A program made the translations under genes and the position numbers. Below, piece after piece: positions 50,420-63,022 of a stretch of DNA of 64,000 bases. Within the stretch, counting starts at the first letter, position 1, and every line of letters starts with the position of its first letter. The notes beneath the pieces are model-generated. The model saw only the letters and a program-made list of their open reading frames with translations. It was not told where the DNA came from and did not search any database. The DNA lies in contig OZ237757.1 in NCBI GenBank assembly GCA_965178125.1, forward strand, positions 868,001 through 932,000, read 5' to 3'. The DNA comes from Bilabrum cf. latius (Eukaryota).

Positions 50420-53400
50420 ATGGACGACAAGTCATACAGACGGCATGCCGCCATCGTTCGAAGCGCGGTGCAATCAGTGGCCCCTCGTGTACTTGCAACA
50501 TCAGCCTTGTCTCTCTTGTTGCGAGGCTCCGAACGAGGGGTTGCTTCGGGGTATGCGACATCGCCATTTTTTGGTCGGCTACGGGGTATGCGCGATAAGG
50601 ACGTGATCGCTTTGATATCAAAAATGAGCAACGAGGGGTTTCACGTCGAGACTAGGTCTGAGGGTGTGGTGCTGCTGCCACCAAGGAGCCAGGTGCCTTC
50701 ACAAGCAGACACGTCGCAAGACCATGGATCATTTAGCTTTGCTACAAGCCCTAAGGCACCTGGTGGTCGGCTCTAGCATCTGCCAGATGGGCACGTTGGA
50801 AGCGCTGGCAAGGGTTCGAATTCAAACGGACCGCTTTTGCTGCCATAGCTTCCTACGACTACTAACACGCACCGCAACAATAGTAGTTCTGTAGTACAAT
50901 AGGCATCGTCCAGTGGTGCGGCGCTCGCGGCTGCTTTTCGTGCCAGGTCCGACCAACGGACCACCTCTGGCATCCCTGGCGGCATCACGCCGTCGACGTC
51001 CGGTATGTCGTCCTTTCCCACGGACGGAGGAGGCTTTTTGCGAGCAAGCGATGTGATTCCACTCCGCTCTGGGGGCGCTCCCGCTGGAAGCTCGGTATTT
51101 GGGCCAAGCAGCGCTGGAGCGAGCACGTCATTGAACTCTGGGGCAGCTGCTCCGACCGGCATCAAGGAGCCCTCGGGAAATTCCCCGCCAGATTCATCCA
51201 GCCCTACACTGGGAGACGATGACGAAGCTCTATTTGGGCCGGGGGGAGATCCCTACAAGGGACTGGCACACGAGCAGGCGGCCGTGCTGCGGCTGGTGCG
51301 CGCCGGTCGGAGCCTCTTCTTCACTGGGCCTGCGGGGGCGGGCAAGAGCCACGTGCTGCGGCGGGCCATCCGGATGCTCGTCTGGATGCACACCCCGCAG
51401 GTGCAAGACGAGCAGCAGCAGCAGTACGGGGGCGGAGAGCATGGATTCGGTGGGGAGGGACGATTTGGGGAGGGGGATGGAGATGGAGAGGGAGAAGGGG
51501 GGTGGACGGCGGGCAGGGCGACAGGGGGGGAATTCCAGGCAACCTCCCGGCCCGTAGACGCGGTGACATCCGCTGCCGCTGCCTTCGGCGGGGATGTGGA
51601 GACAGACCCTGCCCTCCTGGTGGCGGTCACGGCCTCGACGGGGATCGCAGCGTGTAACGTGGGCGGTCGCACGCTTCACTCGTGGGCAGGCCTGGGCCGG
51701 GGGGAAGATCCCCTGGACTCGCTCATCGCCAAGCTTGCCCCCAAGCGGGGAAAGATGCCCAGGAGGGGCACTGCTGCGCACAGGATGATGCACGCCCGCG
51801 CACTGGTGGTGGACGAGGTGAGCATGCTGGACGGGCAGCTGCTGGACAAGCTGGACCACCTGCTGAGGGCCGTGAGGAAGTGCCCCCGACCCATGGGGGG
51901 TCTGCAGGTGCTGCTGTGCGGGGACTTTTTCCAGCTGCCGCCCACTGGGCTGGGACAAGGGGGCAAGGGGGGCATGCGGACGGGCGGGGAACAGCGCCAA
52001 CAGGGGCAAGGGGGCGGGGGTGTGCAGGGGTGGGGCAAGGGCAGGGGGCGTGGACGAGGCGGCAGAGGAGAGCAGCAAGGCGCCGGGCAGAAGCAGCAGA
52101 AGAAGAAGAACCCATTCGACAGGGCCAGGGCTGGTTCATCTTCATCTTCGGATTCCTCCCGCAAGTCTGCCTTTGGGGCCGGGCAAGCCGCTGCGGTGAC
52201 GCTCGACTCGTACATGCACAGGGGCGGCAAGGCCGTGGGCGAGGGCCCGATCTGCTTCGCGTTCCAGGCCCAGGTGTGGCCGGCCATCGCCAGCACCAGC
52301 GTGGTCCTCCGGCGCGTATTCCGACAGAAAGACGACAGGTTCGTTGCCCTGCTGAACCAGCTGCGGAGGGGCGCGGTGGAGGTCAGGACAGAGGCGCTGC
52401 TGCGGTACAGGGAGCGGGCGCCTCTGGTGGGCCCGGCAGGGATGAGACCCACGAGGCTGTACGCAAGGAACGCAGAGGTCTCGAGGGAGAACGCGCTGGC
52501 CCTGCTGCGGTGCCAGGGGGAGGAGCGCAGGTTCGAATGCGAGGACGTGCACTGCGCCAATGAGGGGGAGAAGAGGCAGCTGGCGCAGGGGGTCAGTGCA
52601 GAGACCAAGCTCAAGCTCAAGCCGGGGGCGCAAGTGATTTTGCTCAAGAACATCGATCCCAGGCTCGGGCTGGCCAACGGGGCGCAGGGAGTGGTGGTCG
52701 GCTTTGTTCCCTCGCTGGCGGCTCCGGACGAGCTGGTGCGCTCGAAGCCGGCGGGGGTGCCTGGCCTCGGGGTGGTGGTCAAGTCCGTGCAGGACGCGAG
52801 GGGGCTGCTGCTGGGGATGAGGCGGGCGCCGCGCGAGGTTCCGCTGGTGCGGTTTCCCATCTCTGGGCGCGCGGCCGACGCACTCGCCGATTTGGAGGAG
52901 GACGCGGAAGGGGTCAAGGACGAGAAGGCTGAGGGGGTGGAGGAGTCGGTCGGAGCAGGGGCGGCGGGGAACAGCGTGACAGCAGAGGGGGGAGCAGGGG
53001 GAGGCAAGGACGAGGCTGGGCCCCCCTCTCCAGGCCGTGCCATGGGGGGCGGATTCCCCGCGTGGGTCGAGTTCCCCGTGCTGCCCGTGGCCTTCGAGAT
53101 CAACAGCGCGGCTGCCACGGGGGACGGGCCCGGGCGCAGGTTCAATCCCCAGACGCAGGGGTTCCAGCGGCAGTCGGGTCCCACCAGGAAACAGGTGCCT
53201 CTAAAGCTGGCTTACGCGGTGAGTTACTAAGGGCGTGATGCAAGCGGCTACATGCTGTGCTGTGTTCGGTGCCACGTTCGTGTGTGCTGCGGTCACCCGT
53301 TGGCGGCACGCATTGCTGCGCATGCCAGCGAATGATGCTTGTCCATGGTCTCAGTTTGCCCTTGCGATCCCCTTTCCTCTCCTCCACCCCACTCTTTCTC

Positions 53401-54354
53401 TCTCGCGCGCAGCTGACGATCCACCGCTCCCAGGGCATGACGCTGCCTCTAGTCGACGTCGATCTGCAGCACATCTTTTCCCCGGGGCAGGCCTACGTCG
53501 CCCTCTCCCGCGCCGTGTCGCTGGAGGGGCTAAGGGTGAGGAACTACAGGAGGGGCTGCATCCACGCTCATCCCGAGGCGGGGGCGTTCAACCGACAGCT
53601 GGGCCGGGTGCATGCGATGGCCATGCGGGAGAACAAGAGGCTGGCCACTGCGGAGGCGGAGGGGGGCGAGAGGGGGCTCCTGGATGCAGCGGACAAGGAG
53701 AGGGCGGGAAGCGGGAGCGGGAGTGCAGCCGGGGCAGCCCGAGCTTCATCCTCGTCGTCCTCTGCTTCTAGATCTACTTCATCGTCCTCATCGGCCGCCG
53801 AGTCTTCCTCGTCTAGCAGGACGATCAGGGCAGGCCAGTCCCGCAGGTAGCTTGACCTATCCGAGGGAGAAGACGAGGGAGGGGAAGAAGAGCGACCGGC
53901 CGTGAGAGCACCGGCGGCCTTCGGAGGGGCTGCCGCCGCGGACTCGCTGCCTCTGGAGGACAGTGACCCGCTTGGCCCCGGGATGGGAGGGGTGGACGGG
54001 CTGGCGGTGAGCATGCTGGGCGAGGACGCGGCGAGTGCGTGGGGGATGGAGGCAGGGGCGGTGTCGGGCAGCAAGCGTCCCAGGGAACAAGGGGTCGAGG
54101 GGGGCATGGGGACAAGATCAATGGTGCCCAAGGGGACCAAGCCGCTGGAGGTGGACCTAACATCGGATTCGGAGCCAGAATCGGGGGCTGGAGATGGCGG
54201 CAACCCGTGGGCTGCCAAGCGGCGGAAAGTAGAGGCCGGCAGCAGCACTGGAGCAGCAGAAGCAGGATCAGGACAAGAGGGGACAAAGCCAAGCGTGCCT
54301 CCAGTGGCCAGTCCCCTTGCGCTGATGCCTGGAGTGGACGAGATGACCGTGTGA
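50420..54354 (+). CDS. PIF1: PIF1-family 5'-3' DNA helicase (~1246 aa)
   Basis: Motifs [66 protein letters not shown] and GQAYVALSR. Intron 53219-53412. TAG at 50774, 50846, 50900 and 53848. TGA stop. Confidence 0.92.
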
Positions 54355-54820
54355 CGAGAGCGCGGATGGACAAGAAATGCAACTCTTTTCGCAGAAGCAA
54401 CGAACGGACAGACCACCCTGAACCCAAAATCCAAGTGCCATCGAAACGTGCACACGCCCGGGGATCCAAATTCACTGTAGACCACATCCGACTTCCAGTG
54501 TCCCATCCGGCCAACGAAGCCAAAGGCGGTCCAACACCGCTGAGGCAAGCCGCCGCCCCCCCGCCCGACACTGCAGAGACACGCATGAGCGGGAGATCGA
54601 ATACCAGCTCGAATGCGTCTCCTGCAGTGTCGGGTACGAGCAGTGAGCGGCAGTCAGTGGGCCGGAGTGGCAACGGAGGACGGGAGGTCTTTCCAAGAGG
54701 AACAGGTCGCTTGCGCTGGCCCCTATTATAGCCCCTGCTCCACGCCCCGCTTCCGCACTTCTTATTCTATTCTATTCTGCTAGCCCTAACCTACGTAGCT
54801 TCCTCAGTTCGACACGATCT

Positions 54821-56744
54821 TCACTTCATCTTGAGCTGGGTGGCTCTACCCATCGTGGGCGTCCGCATCGCATCCGTCATGCGAGTGCCCCCCGCCCCGT
54901 CCCTGCTAGACGCGCTCTCCCCCACCATGGGGGTCCACAGGGAGGACACGTCAGGGGAAGGACCATGCCCGCCCCCGCTGTTCACAGACCCCCCAAGCCC
55001 AGTCGCCAGCCCGTCCGCATCCCGGTCATCCCTCTCCCCCGGCCCCACGGGCGGCAGGGACAGGCCACCGTCACCCTCCTCCAGCGCCGACAGCAGCGGC
55101 TGCGTTTGCGCGCTGCCGTCCCCTCCCATGGAGGCCCCGTCCGACCCAGGCCCGCTGGGCCCCTTGGCCTTGGCCTCGGTCGCGCTGCTCACGCCTAGCG
55201 CCTTTTCGTTGGCCTCGAGCAGCTTCCTTGCCTCCTCCTCGAGCTCCTCCTTGGTGGGGTAGTAGAGGCCAGGCACCTTCCACAGGGCGTTGTAGATGAT
55301 CGTGCCAGCCAGCAAAATGACAAAGCCCACCATCTGCAGCACCGTCTGCTTCCACACCGACTTGCCGATCGCCTGCCAGCCCACGGCCACGGAGACCACC
55401 CAGATGACAACGGTCCTCACCGAGTCGAGGATCATCCTCGTGGACGCGCTCATGTACTTGGTGATGGCCACGCCGCACGCGTTGAAGGCCGCGATGGACA
55501 GCACGTTGCCCATCAGAGCCACGTCCAGCTCCCACGAGTGCCCGATCTGGTGGAAGGCGTCGGGCGCGTCCTCGAAGTGCTTGCACTCGTCACCCCCGTT
55601 GGGGCACATGAACCCCGGCCGGGGGATCCAGTACATGGCCACCACCAGCGAGGACAGGATGAGCATGCCCCAGAGCCCCTCCAAGCCCACCACCTGCAGG
55701 GCAGGGATGTTGTACCCCCCGATGAAGCGCTCCTCCACGACCATCTGGATGGCCACGATGATCTGAGCCAGCACGATGAGCAAATTGCCGATCGCGGCGT
55801 GGGGCATGGCCGGGGCACCCGAAGCGTCCGTGGCGGGGAACAGCATGGTGCTGGCCCCCACGAGGGCGGCGCCCACGAGCACGAGGCCCATCCCCGTCCA
55901 GTGGTAGAGGTACTGCTTCCTGCCGAGGAAGAGCACAGATGCGATCCCCGTGAAGATGACCACGGTGCCGCGGAGCATCTGGAACACGGAGGCGTACGTG
56001 AGCGTGAGGCCGACGTACATGGTGGAGGTGGCGGTCATGTCGCAGATGGCGGGGAGGGCCAGCAGCAGGGGGTTGAAGGGCTTGGCCAGCTGCATCTGCG
56101 TGGGCTTGCGTTTCTTGGGGGCCGGGGCCGGGGCGCACCCGTACGAGTTGTAGTACATGCCCCCGAACACGAGGAGGCAGAGGAACTCGCCCATGAACAT
56201 GCCCACCGCCTGCACGAAGGGGTGGTTAAACTCGGTTGTCTCGCCGTGAGAGCCCTCCGCCTTGGTGTTGTCCGCCCATTTCGTGGCTGCGGGGAGAATG
56301 AGAAGGCAGCAGCACAGGCGGGCTTGCCATCGAACCAGAGTATGAACAGGTGCGCATCCAGCTGCTTCTTTAGCGATAACCGGTGGCGTGAGATTACACC
56401 TGAGCGAGTTGCCGCAATGGCGTTGGCATGGGACTGTCTCGGGAGCAGCAAGAAAGGCTGCATCTCAGCGAAGCATGAATCGCACCCAATTACATGTCTT
56501 TTGCAGTCAAATTCCCGGACGCAATCTCATAACTGTGATTATCACTACATCTCGGTTGCCCACAAACCTGTAGCCGGCAGCCATTGCCAAGTTACTTGCA
56601 AGAGTCTTGGCTGAACCGCACGCAGGGAAGTAGCCCTTCATTACGTCTTCAAGATCAACTTATACCGAGAGTCTCACCCAATGTATTAATTGACCCTGTC
56701 AGAAGCATACCAAGTGCAAGCATATAATGGAAAGGAGTCCTCAT
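54821..56744 (-). CDS. SLC35F6-like drug/metabolite (nucleotide-sugar-type) transporter
   Basis: Motifs MLLTGSINTLATKWAD, FNHPFVQAVGMFMGEFLCL, LPAICDM, ASVFQMLRG, QMVVEE, VGLEGLWG and TRMILDSVRT. Exon 1 56678-56744, intron 56287-56677, TGA stop. Confidence 0.9.
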
Positions 56745-57161
56745 GATGAAGGAGGTGAGAAAGAAGTGGCGCGGACCGTGCTGCAACTGCGGGCCATAGT
56801 AACGTGTGTATTTCATCATCTTCGATTATTTATTCGATTGGCACCCCCGCAGTTGTTAGCCCCGCTCTAAGGACTTACAATCCAGAAGACGCCAAACTTA
56901 TTCGCTTCATTACTTTCAGTATGGCTTCTAGCGCCCAACTGGCGTTCATTTCCACGCGGATCCACCCCGCCGGCGTGGATTGATTGTAGTCACTCCTACT
57001 GCGGGTGCAACAGTTCTTTCACGACCGCCGAACAAAGACCCCATCACTTATCCTGGGACTCACCCAGATAAGTGAACGCCGGCTCGAATGTGGGTTCCGG
57101 GAATCCCTCAGGGGGCTGCGGAAAGCTATGTTCTCCCTTGTGGGCATCCGAGAGGCAGATT

Positions 57162-57845
57162 TTACTTTAGATCGTAGCCTATTAGAGCAGGGACATGGTG
57201 TTCTCTGATACTTGCAACACCATGGCCGCGAGCCGCACGCAAGACGCGTCGATGCTCCACAGGTACGCCCCGCTGCCTTGTGGTGCTCCAAAGCGCCTGC
57301 GCGCCTTCCTGAAATAGAACGGCATTGCCGCTTCCCTGGACCAGAAATGTGTCCACCTCTGGTGTGAAGACAGATGATTGTACCCGCCACAGGTACTTGC
57401 CCTCATCCGTGACGATGATGGCCAGGTCTCCCTGCGTGCTGCACGATGCATCCGTCAAGAGTAGCGCGCAGTGGTCGGCGTGCTCCTCACGGTTGCCCGC
57501 GATGAACTCAACCGAGTCGACCATGACAACCAGGCTGCAGTCAGCCCGGAGCCAAGCCGTCGTCGAATCCTTGGACAAGGCGGTATCTTGCTGGTCGAGG
57601 GTGGAGTGCAGAATCTCGCATTTCGGGAGCCTGTCGCCATTTGCCGGCTTCCTCGCGGCCAAGGCGCTCACGGGTGTCAAGTGTGTCAAATTGCAGATAC
57701 CAAGTGCCTGCTGCTAACATGGAGCGAGGCCGACGACATAGAGCCAGCCAGCGCTGCGAAGGTGCTGGCCTGCTGCTCGTCGCCCCTGCACACTGACCGC
57801 CGAGCAGGCGACGCGAGCAACCAAAATAGATTCGACTGATCGCAT
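57162..57845 (-). CDS. Possible hypothetical protein (~227 aa if TAG is sense)
   Basis: ATG 57845, one TAG at 57714 (C*QQ), TAA stop. No recognisable motif. Confidence 0.25.
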
Positions 57846-58042
57846 TCCTGCGAGGCGACCGTTGTTTCCCTTCGCACTTGTTCAGTAGGCGGCAAGGAAG
57901 TACGTCGGTCGGCGAGGCGAGACCTTGTCTCATCCAAGACATGATGATGACACTTCAAGAAGTACAAATACAGTCCCACCTTGAATCGAACACCCTATGG
58001 CGAAGGCAAACGCACACAGCCAGGCAGACCGACCCCTCCCCC

Positions 58043-59255
58043 TCACCAGGAGCCCCCCGTGTCGGTCCCTGCCTTGGCCTTCACGAAGCTCTTGAAGTCC
58101 CACTTGGTGTCGAGCGCCTTGGGCTCAGCGATGGCCACTCCCTCTCCAGACACGGTGCCCACCTGCACCTTGTTGATGGCCCGGCAGTCGCGGTAGTACA
58201 GCACGCGGAGCACCTTTTCCATCAGCTCGTGCGCCTCGTCCTCGGACAGGTCGGCCCGCCACAGCTCCCGCAGCATGGGCACCGCCATGTGCGAGCCGAG
58301 CCCAGTGGCCGTGAAGTCCACCTCGTACGGTGTCCCGATCTGGTCCACCACTCCCAGGAACGTCTCCATGCCGCCGTCAGCGGAGGATCCGGCGGCCGTG
58401 GCGCTGCCACTGGCCCCCTTGCTGCCCCCTGAGGCGGCTGCTTCGGCAACGGAGGGCTCGGCTGACGCTGTCCTGGCTTTGGGGCGGCAGCCCGCCACCA
58501 CGATCTGGTTCCAGAGGGGGTTACTCTTGGACCTGCGGTTGTACATGACCCGCGTGATGTACGAGTGCACCTCTCGCGGGGCGAGGCTCCTGCCGTCGTC
58601 GTGCCAGCGGTCCTCGAGGAGCAGCTCGTCGAGCAAGTCACCCATGTGCTGCCAGTCGCTCATCTCGCCCCCTGCTCCCACCAGCGTGTGCTTGCCTACT
58701 GCTCGCATCCTCTTCATGGAGGTAAATCGAGCCAATGATCCGTACGATGCTGCGAGAATCAATGGAGGGGCACTGCTAGCAAAGGCCATTAGGTGCTGCT
58801 AACTGTTTCAGGTTTGAGCGAGCGTGCCCGAGCCTCCTGAATCTCGTGGCTCTGAATCAGTGAACCCCCCGACCAGTTCCCTGTACAATCTAGAACAAAC
58901 AATACTATGCAATGTGAGTAATAGTTCGCGCTCTCACCGAGCGTGTCGCCGCCTACCATCACTCCACCGGCATACTTGAATGCTACCATCGAGGACCCTG
59001 TCACAATCGGACGGCTGCGAACGAGAAAGCACGATCGGCATTCTGTAGCCTATTCATTTGCATGCAGAGTTATACGATGGGCCCGGAGACTCCTACGTTG
59101 CTGCACATGAGATCCACGTCGTTGAGAACCCCAGTTTGGGATCGCTCCCGGACCATTCAAGCAACGCATCAGTCTCACGTAGTCAACGAGATAGGAGCCG
59201 AATCATTTCCAAGTCTAGGTCCCACTTTTGATGTCTGAGCAGCACAGGCAGCCAT
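58043..59255 (-). CDS. PSMB4: 20S proteasome subunit beta-7 (PSMB4/Pre4)
   Basis: Motifs RPIVTGSS, DTLASYGSLARF, RVMYNRRSK.NPLWN, ATGLGSHMAVPMLR and LRVLYYRDCR. Exons 59179-59255, 58938-59014 and 58043-58749. TGA stop. Confidence 0.95.
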
Positions 59256-59393
59256 CTTGACGGGTTCAATCTGCTCGCTTGCACCAGGTATCTGATTTTT
59301 CTGAAATCACTCGCAACATTAAACTCATCGAGGAAGCATGGAACTATAGTCGAGCATAGCAACGTATTGAAGCCCCCAAATTTGATGCCAAAA

Positions 59394-62198
59394 TCACAGA
59401 ACGTCATCGCCTCCACTATCAACACGTAGAGGGTTCGTGTTACCCACCCAGTCGCGGGTGCCACCCGTTACGACCCCCCCTGCAACTCTCCTCGGCGGTC
59501 CCGGCGGCCGCTTGCCCCCATTGCCACGGGCCACCCCCACTCGAGTCGTCCCCTCGGCGCCTTTCTCCTCCCCTCCTCGCTGGTCCGTGCTGCCACCATC
59601 AGCGGGCAGAGGCCCAGCCCGCGGCATGGTCGATGCTCCAGACACACCAGCAGACCCCTCGCTGCTTCCTCCTTTTCCCCCACCACTGGCACTGGCACTG
59701 GCACTGGCACCCTTCTATCCACCACTACCTACACCACCACCATCCTCGTCACTGTCTCCTTCATCGTCTGCATCTTCAAACACCGCCTCCGGGTATGTCT
59801 CGGGCCTGGCTCTCACGAACGACTCGGCCCAGCCCCCCAGCAGCATTCCCACGGCCGTCACCACCCCGGTCCTCACCACCACAGTCAGCCCGCCCACCGT
59901 GGCAAGCACGGAACCCAGGGCCTCTGCGGCAGAGGGCAGTCGGGACTCCACGTAGCTGCACCTGGCAGGCGCGCAGCTCCCAAAGTACGCGGCATAGTCC
60001 GTGGTGGCAGCCACACCGGTCCCGTTGGACAGGCTGGCCTCGCTGTTGCTGCTCCCCCGGTCCATGAACCCGCTGATCACCCCGGCAGCGATCACTGGAA
60101 ACCTAGACTGCTGCGCGTCCTCCAGGGGGGCCCTCGGCAGCCCGAACCCCAGCGTCCACACCTTCGAGGACAGCAGCCTGGTGGAGAAGGAGGCCACCCA
60201 CGAGGCGCGGGAGCAGCGCCACTGGAAGGGAATGGGCGCCTCGATGGATGGGGGAACAAGCGCCACCTCGTCGTTCCGCCGCACCAGGTAGTCCTCGAAG
60301 CACGTCTCCCCGCCCGCGCTGATGGCCCGCCTCCACAGGGGGTCCCGCATGGACACCTGGGGCCCCCCGGGGGCCGTGGCGAACTGCAGCACTTCCGGTT
60401 TGGAGGAGGACTGGGAGACTCCGGGTCCCTGGCTGGGCAGCCCGCTGGACTCGCTCTCCGGCCATGTGAGGGCCAGCAGGGTGGGCCCGATGGGGTCCGT
60501 GCCCACCTCTGTGGCCTCGTCGGGCTCGCATGGCCACTCGCGGATGGGCCCCGCCCCCGGGCCCGCGCTCACCACCGTGGTCCCGTTGGAGCACGTCAGC
60601 GAGGCCACGTGCTCGCACTGAGAAGCGGTCCCGTTGGACCTCCATCGACACACGCGGGAGGGTCCGTGCGAGTTGCAGTCGCTCTCCGTGGCCAGCTGGT
60701 GGCATCGCAAGGGGGCGGGGGCGCACTGCACGGAGGCCGACTCAGGCCCCTGCCCAGGTAGCGGGTCCCCCCTCAGGATCTGACACCGCGGCAGGGGCCT
60801 GTCCATGGGCACCCCAGTGCTGTTGGCCCCGCAGCCCAGCTCGCCGTCCCTGTTCTCGCACGCCTTGTCCAGGCACAGGGAGGGCTGACCCCCCGTTGTT
60901 CCCTGCAGGAACGAGCACGAGTCGCCGAGGGCCCCGCACGCCGCCTGCGAGAGTCGCGCGGGGCACACCGTCGAGTCGCAGAACGCGTCCGTCCCCCTGC
61001 CCACGTTCCCGGGGGTCCACCTGCAGAAGGGCCTGGTGCGGCATGCACCCGGGGTCAGGAGCGAGATGCAAGGGGTGAACGAGAACGTGTACGGCGCGGG
61101 GGGACCGCCCCCGGGGCCCGCCGCCGCGCCCGCGGGCCATACGAGTCCGTCGTGAGGCGCCGGCCCCCCGGGTGCAGAGGGGAAGAACGGCTGCGGGGCC
61201 CTCTGCCCGCCCATGAGCCCCGGCACGGTCAGAGGCTGCTCCAGCTCGGTGAGGGCGATGGACTGCTGCAGCGGGATGGAGAACCGAGTCACCGCCGCGT
61301 TCTGAGTCCCGGCCCTGGCCGCCTCCACCTGCGCCTCTAGCGTCTCTCTGGCCATGAGCTGCGCCGAGACGACCCTCCTGGCCGTGGCATCACGGACCTC
61401 AAGCGTGGCAGAGGCGTTGGCAAGGTCGCAGAAAGCGAATATGCTCCGCAGCAGCTGGCTAGCGGCCTACCCCACGCACCGTGTGCTGCTCCTGCACGCC
61501 AGCAGCGTGTCCTTTAACCCCGGCCCGCACATGGGATCCAGCTTGGCCTGCAGCGTGGCAAAGGTCCCCAGAGGGGCGGACAGCTGCGTGCAGGGGCAGC
61601 TCAGGGACCGCAGCCCATCCCCCGGGTCTGCCTGCCGCAGGGCCAGGGCGTCGTAGTCTGCCAGCGTGGGGGACTCCTACACACCCGGCTGGTCGCGGCG
61701 CCGCAGCTGCGGAACCAGGAACGCCAGGAACGCGACGAAGAGCACCCCGACGAACACACACGAGGCGGCCTGCCCCTACACGTGCTGCACGGCATACCGG
61801 CGGGTGGACCGCTTCAGGGCCCGCTCCTGCACAAAGTCAGGGAACAGCGTGAACCACCACGCGGTCTCCTTGCCCGCGTCCACCGCCTGCTGGCGCAGCT
61901 GCTCCGTGTCGAGCTGCATCGGGGGTAGCGACAGAGATCCACCGAAAGCTCCGGCGTGCGATGGCGCATCGGTCCCTTGACCCGATACAGCCATACTTGA
62001 AGATGTACCACCTGATGCTCTCTTGGCAGACGGCTCTGCCAGTCTCGCTGTGCTGCTGGCTGCGGTCCTCCGAGTCGGCACCTCGGACGAATCGCCGTCC
62101 TCTGCGACCCCGCCAGTTCGCAAGGGGTTGTACCGCGTTGCTCCACCCACAGACTCTTGAGGGAGAAGATCGATTTCTTGTTGTTCTTTCGAGCCCAT
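59394..62198 (-). CDS. Two-TM membrane protein with a large Cys-rich ectodomain (ENaC/degenerin-like topology, ~934 aa)
   Basis: One frame from ATG 62198 to TGA 59394 with TAG at 61776, 61677, 61467 and 59715. TM1 (CVFVGVLFVAFLAFLVP), PTLADYDAL..LSCPCTQ, Cys-rich repeats, DYAAYFGSCAPARCSY, TM2 (EALGSVLATVGGLTVVV). Confidence 0.65.
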
Positions 62199-63022
62199 CG
62201 CGCCTCGTTCGGCAGCTGACGATGGTTCGAAAGCCTGCTGTTGCCCTCGGTGCGCTCCGAGTGCGATACTATTGCGTGGCTAGCGTGGCGAGGGTCCCTA
62301 CGTCTAATGATTATGCGCACTCATTCAGGATGAATGGGTGAGCCTGGATGCGTCCCGCTGGGATGGCCGATTGGTTGAGGTACTGACCAAGTTTAGCAGC
62401 GGTGGAATGAGTCACAGCCACTTGCCGAGCTGCTCACCTTTGCTCGCGCGCTTTGGAGACTTTGCTGCTGGGTTGAGACTTAAACCCCACGTTATTGGTG
62501 TGCCTATAATTGGAGCAGCTTCTTGAGCGTTGACTCGGATTGGGTAGCACAGGAACTTGGACCAAGAAACGCCGAACGGCGGAGCGCAACCGTTGTGGTG
62601 TGACGAGCGACTCGGAGCTGCATCCGGATCAACGGAAGGGGCGAAACACATGCATCCTCGCTGCACGTCACGGACAGCTGTCGCGGCTGCTCAACAGAAC
62701 GCGGCCCCCATGAGGCCCGGCCACGCACACACACAGCTGGACTCATCATGAGACCATGCCAGCTCAGCGGCCTGCTGCTGCATGATGCCCACACGACGCT
62801 GTTGGCATGCTATGTCTCCCGGTCCATGGCCTGGTAGGGGTCAAACCTTGGGCAGATCACACCAGGGCGTCGTTTCGTGTCAAGGTTGTGCAAAGGGCAC
62901 TAGATCTAGCCCGCCTGCCAAAGCCAGCCGATGCTGCGGCGAGTGTTCGTGAAGGTTCTGTGAAGGCATTGGCTATCACGAGTTTCTGTCAATTTCACCC
63001 CTGATTCGGCGACACAAGGTGA

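Noticed and set aside
51005-54354. Helitron (PIF1-like helicase of a rolling-circle transposon)
   Set aside because: No HUH/Rep domain or Helitron termini were seen, and the motifs and context fit a cellular PIF1.
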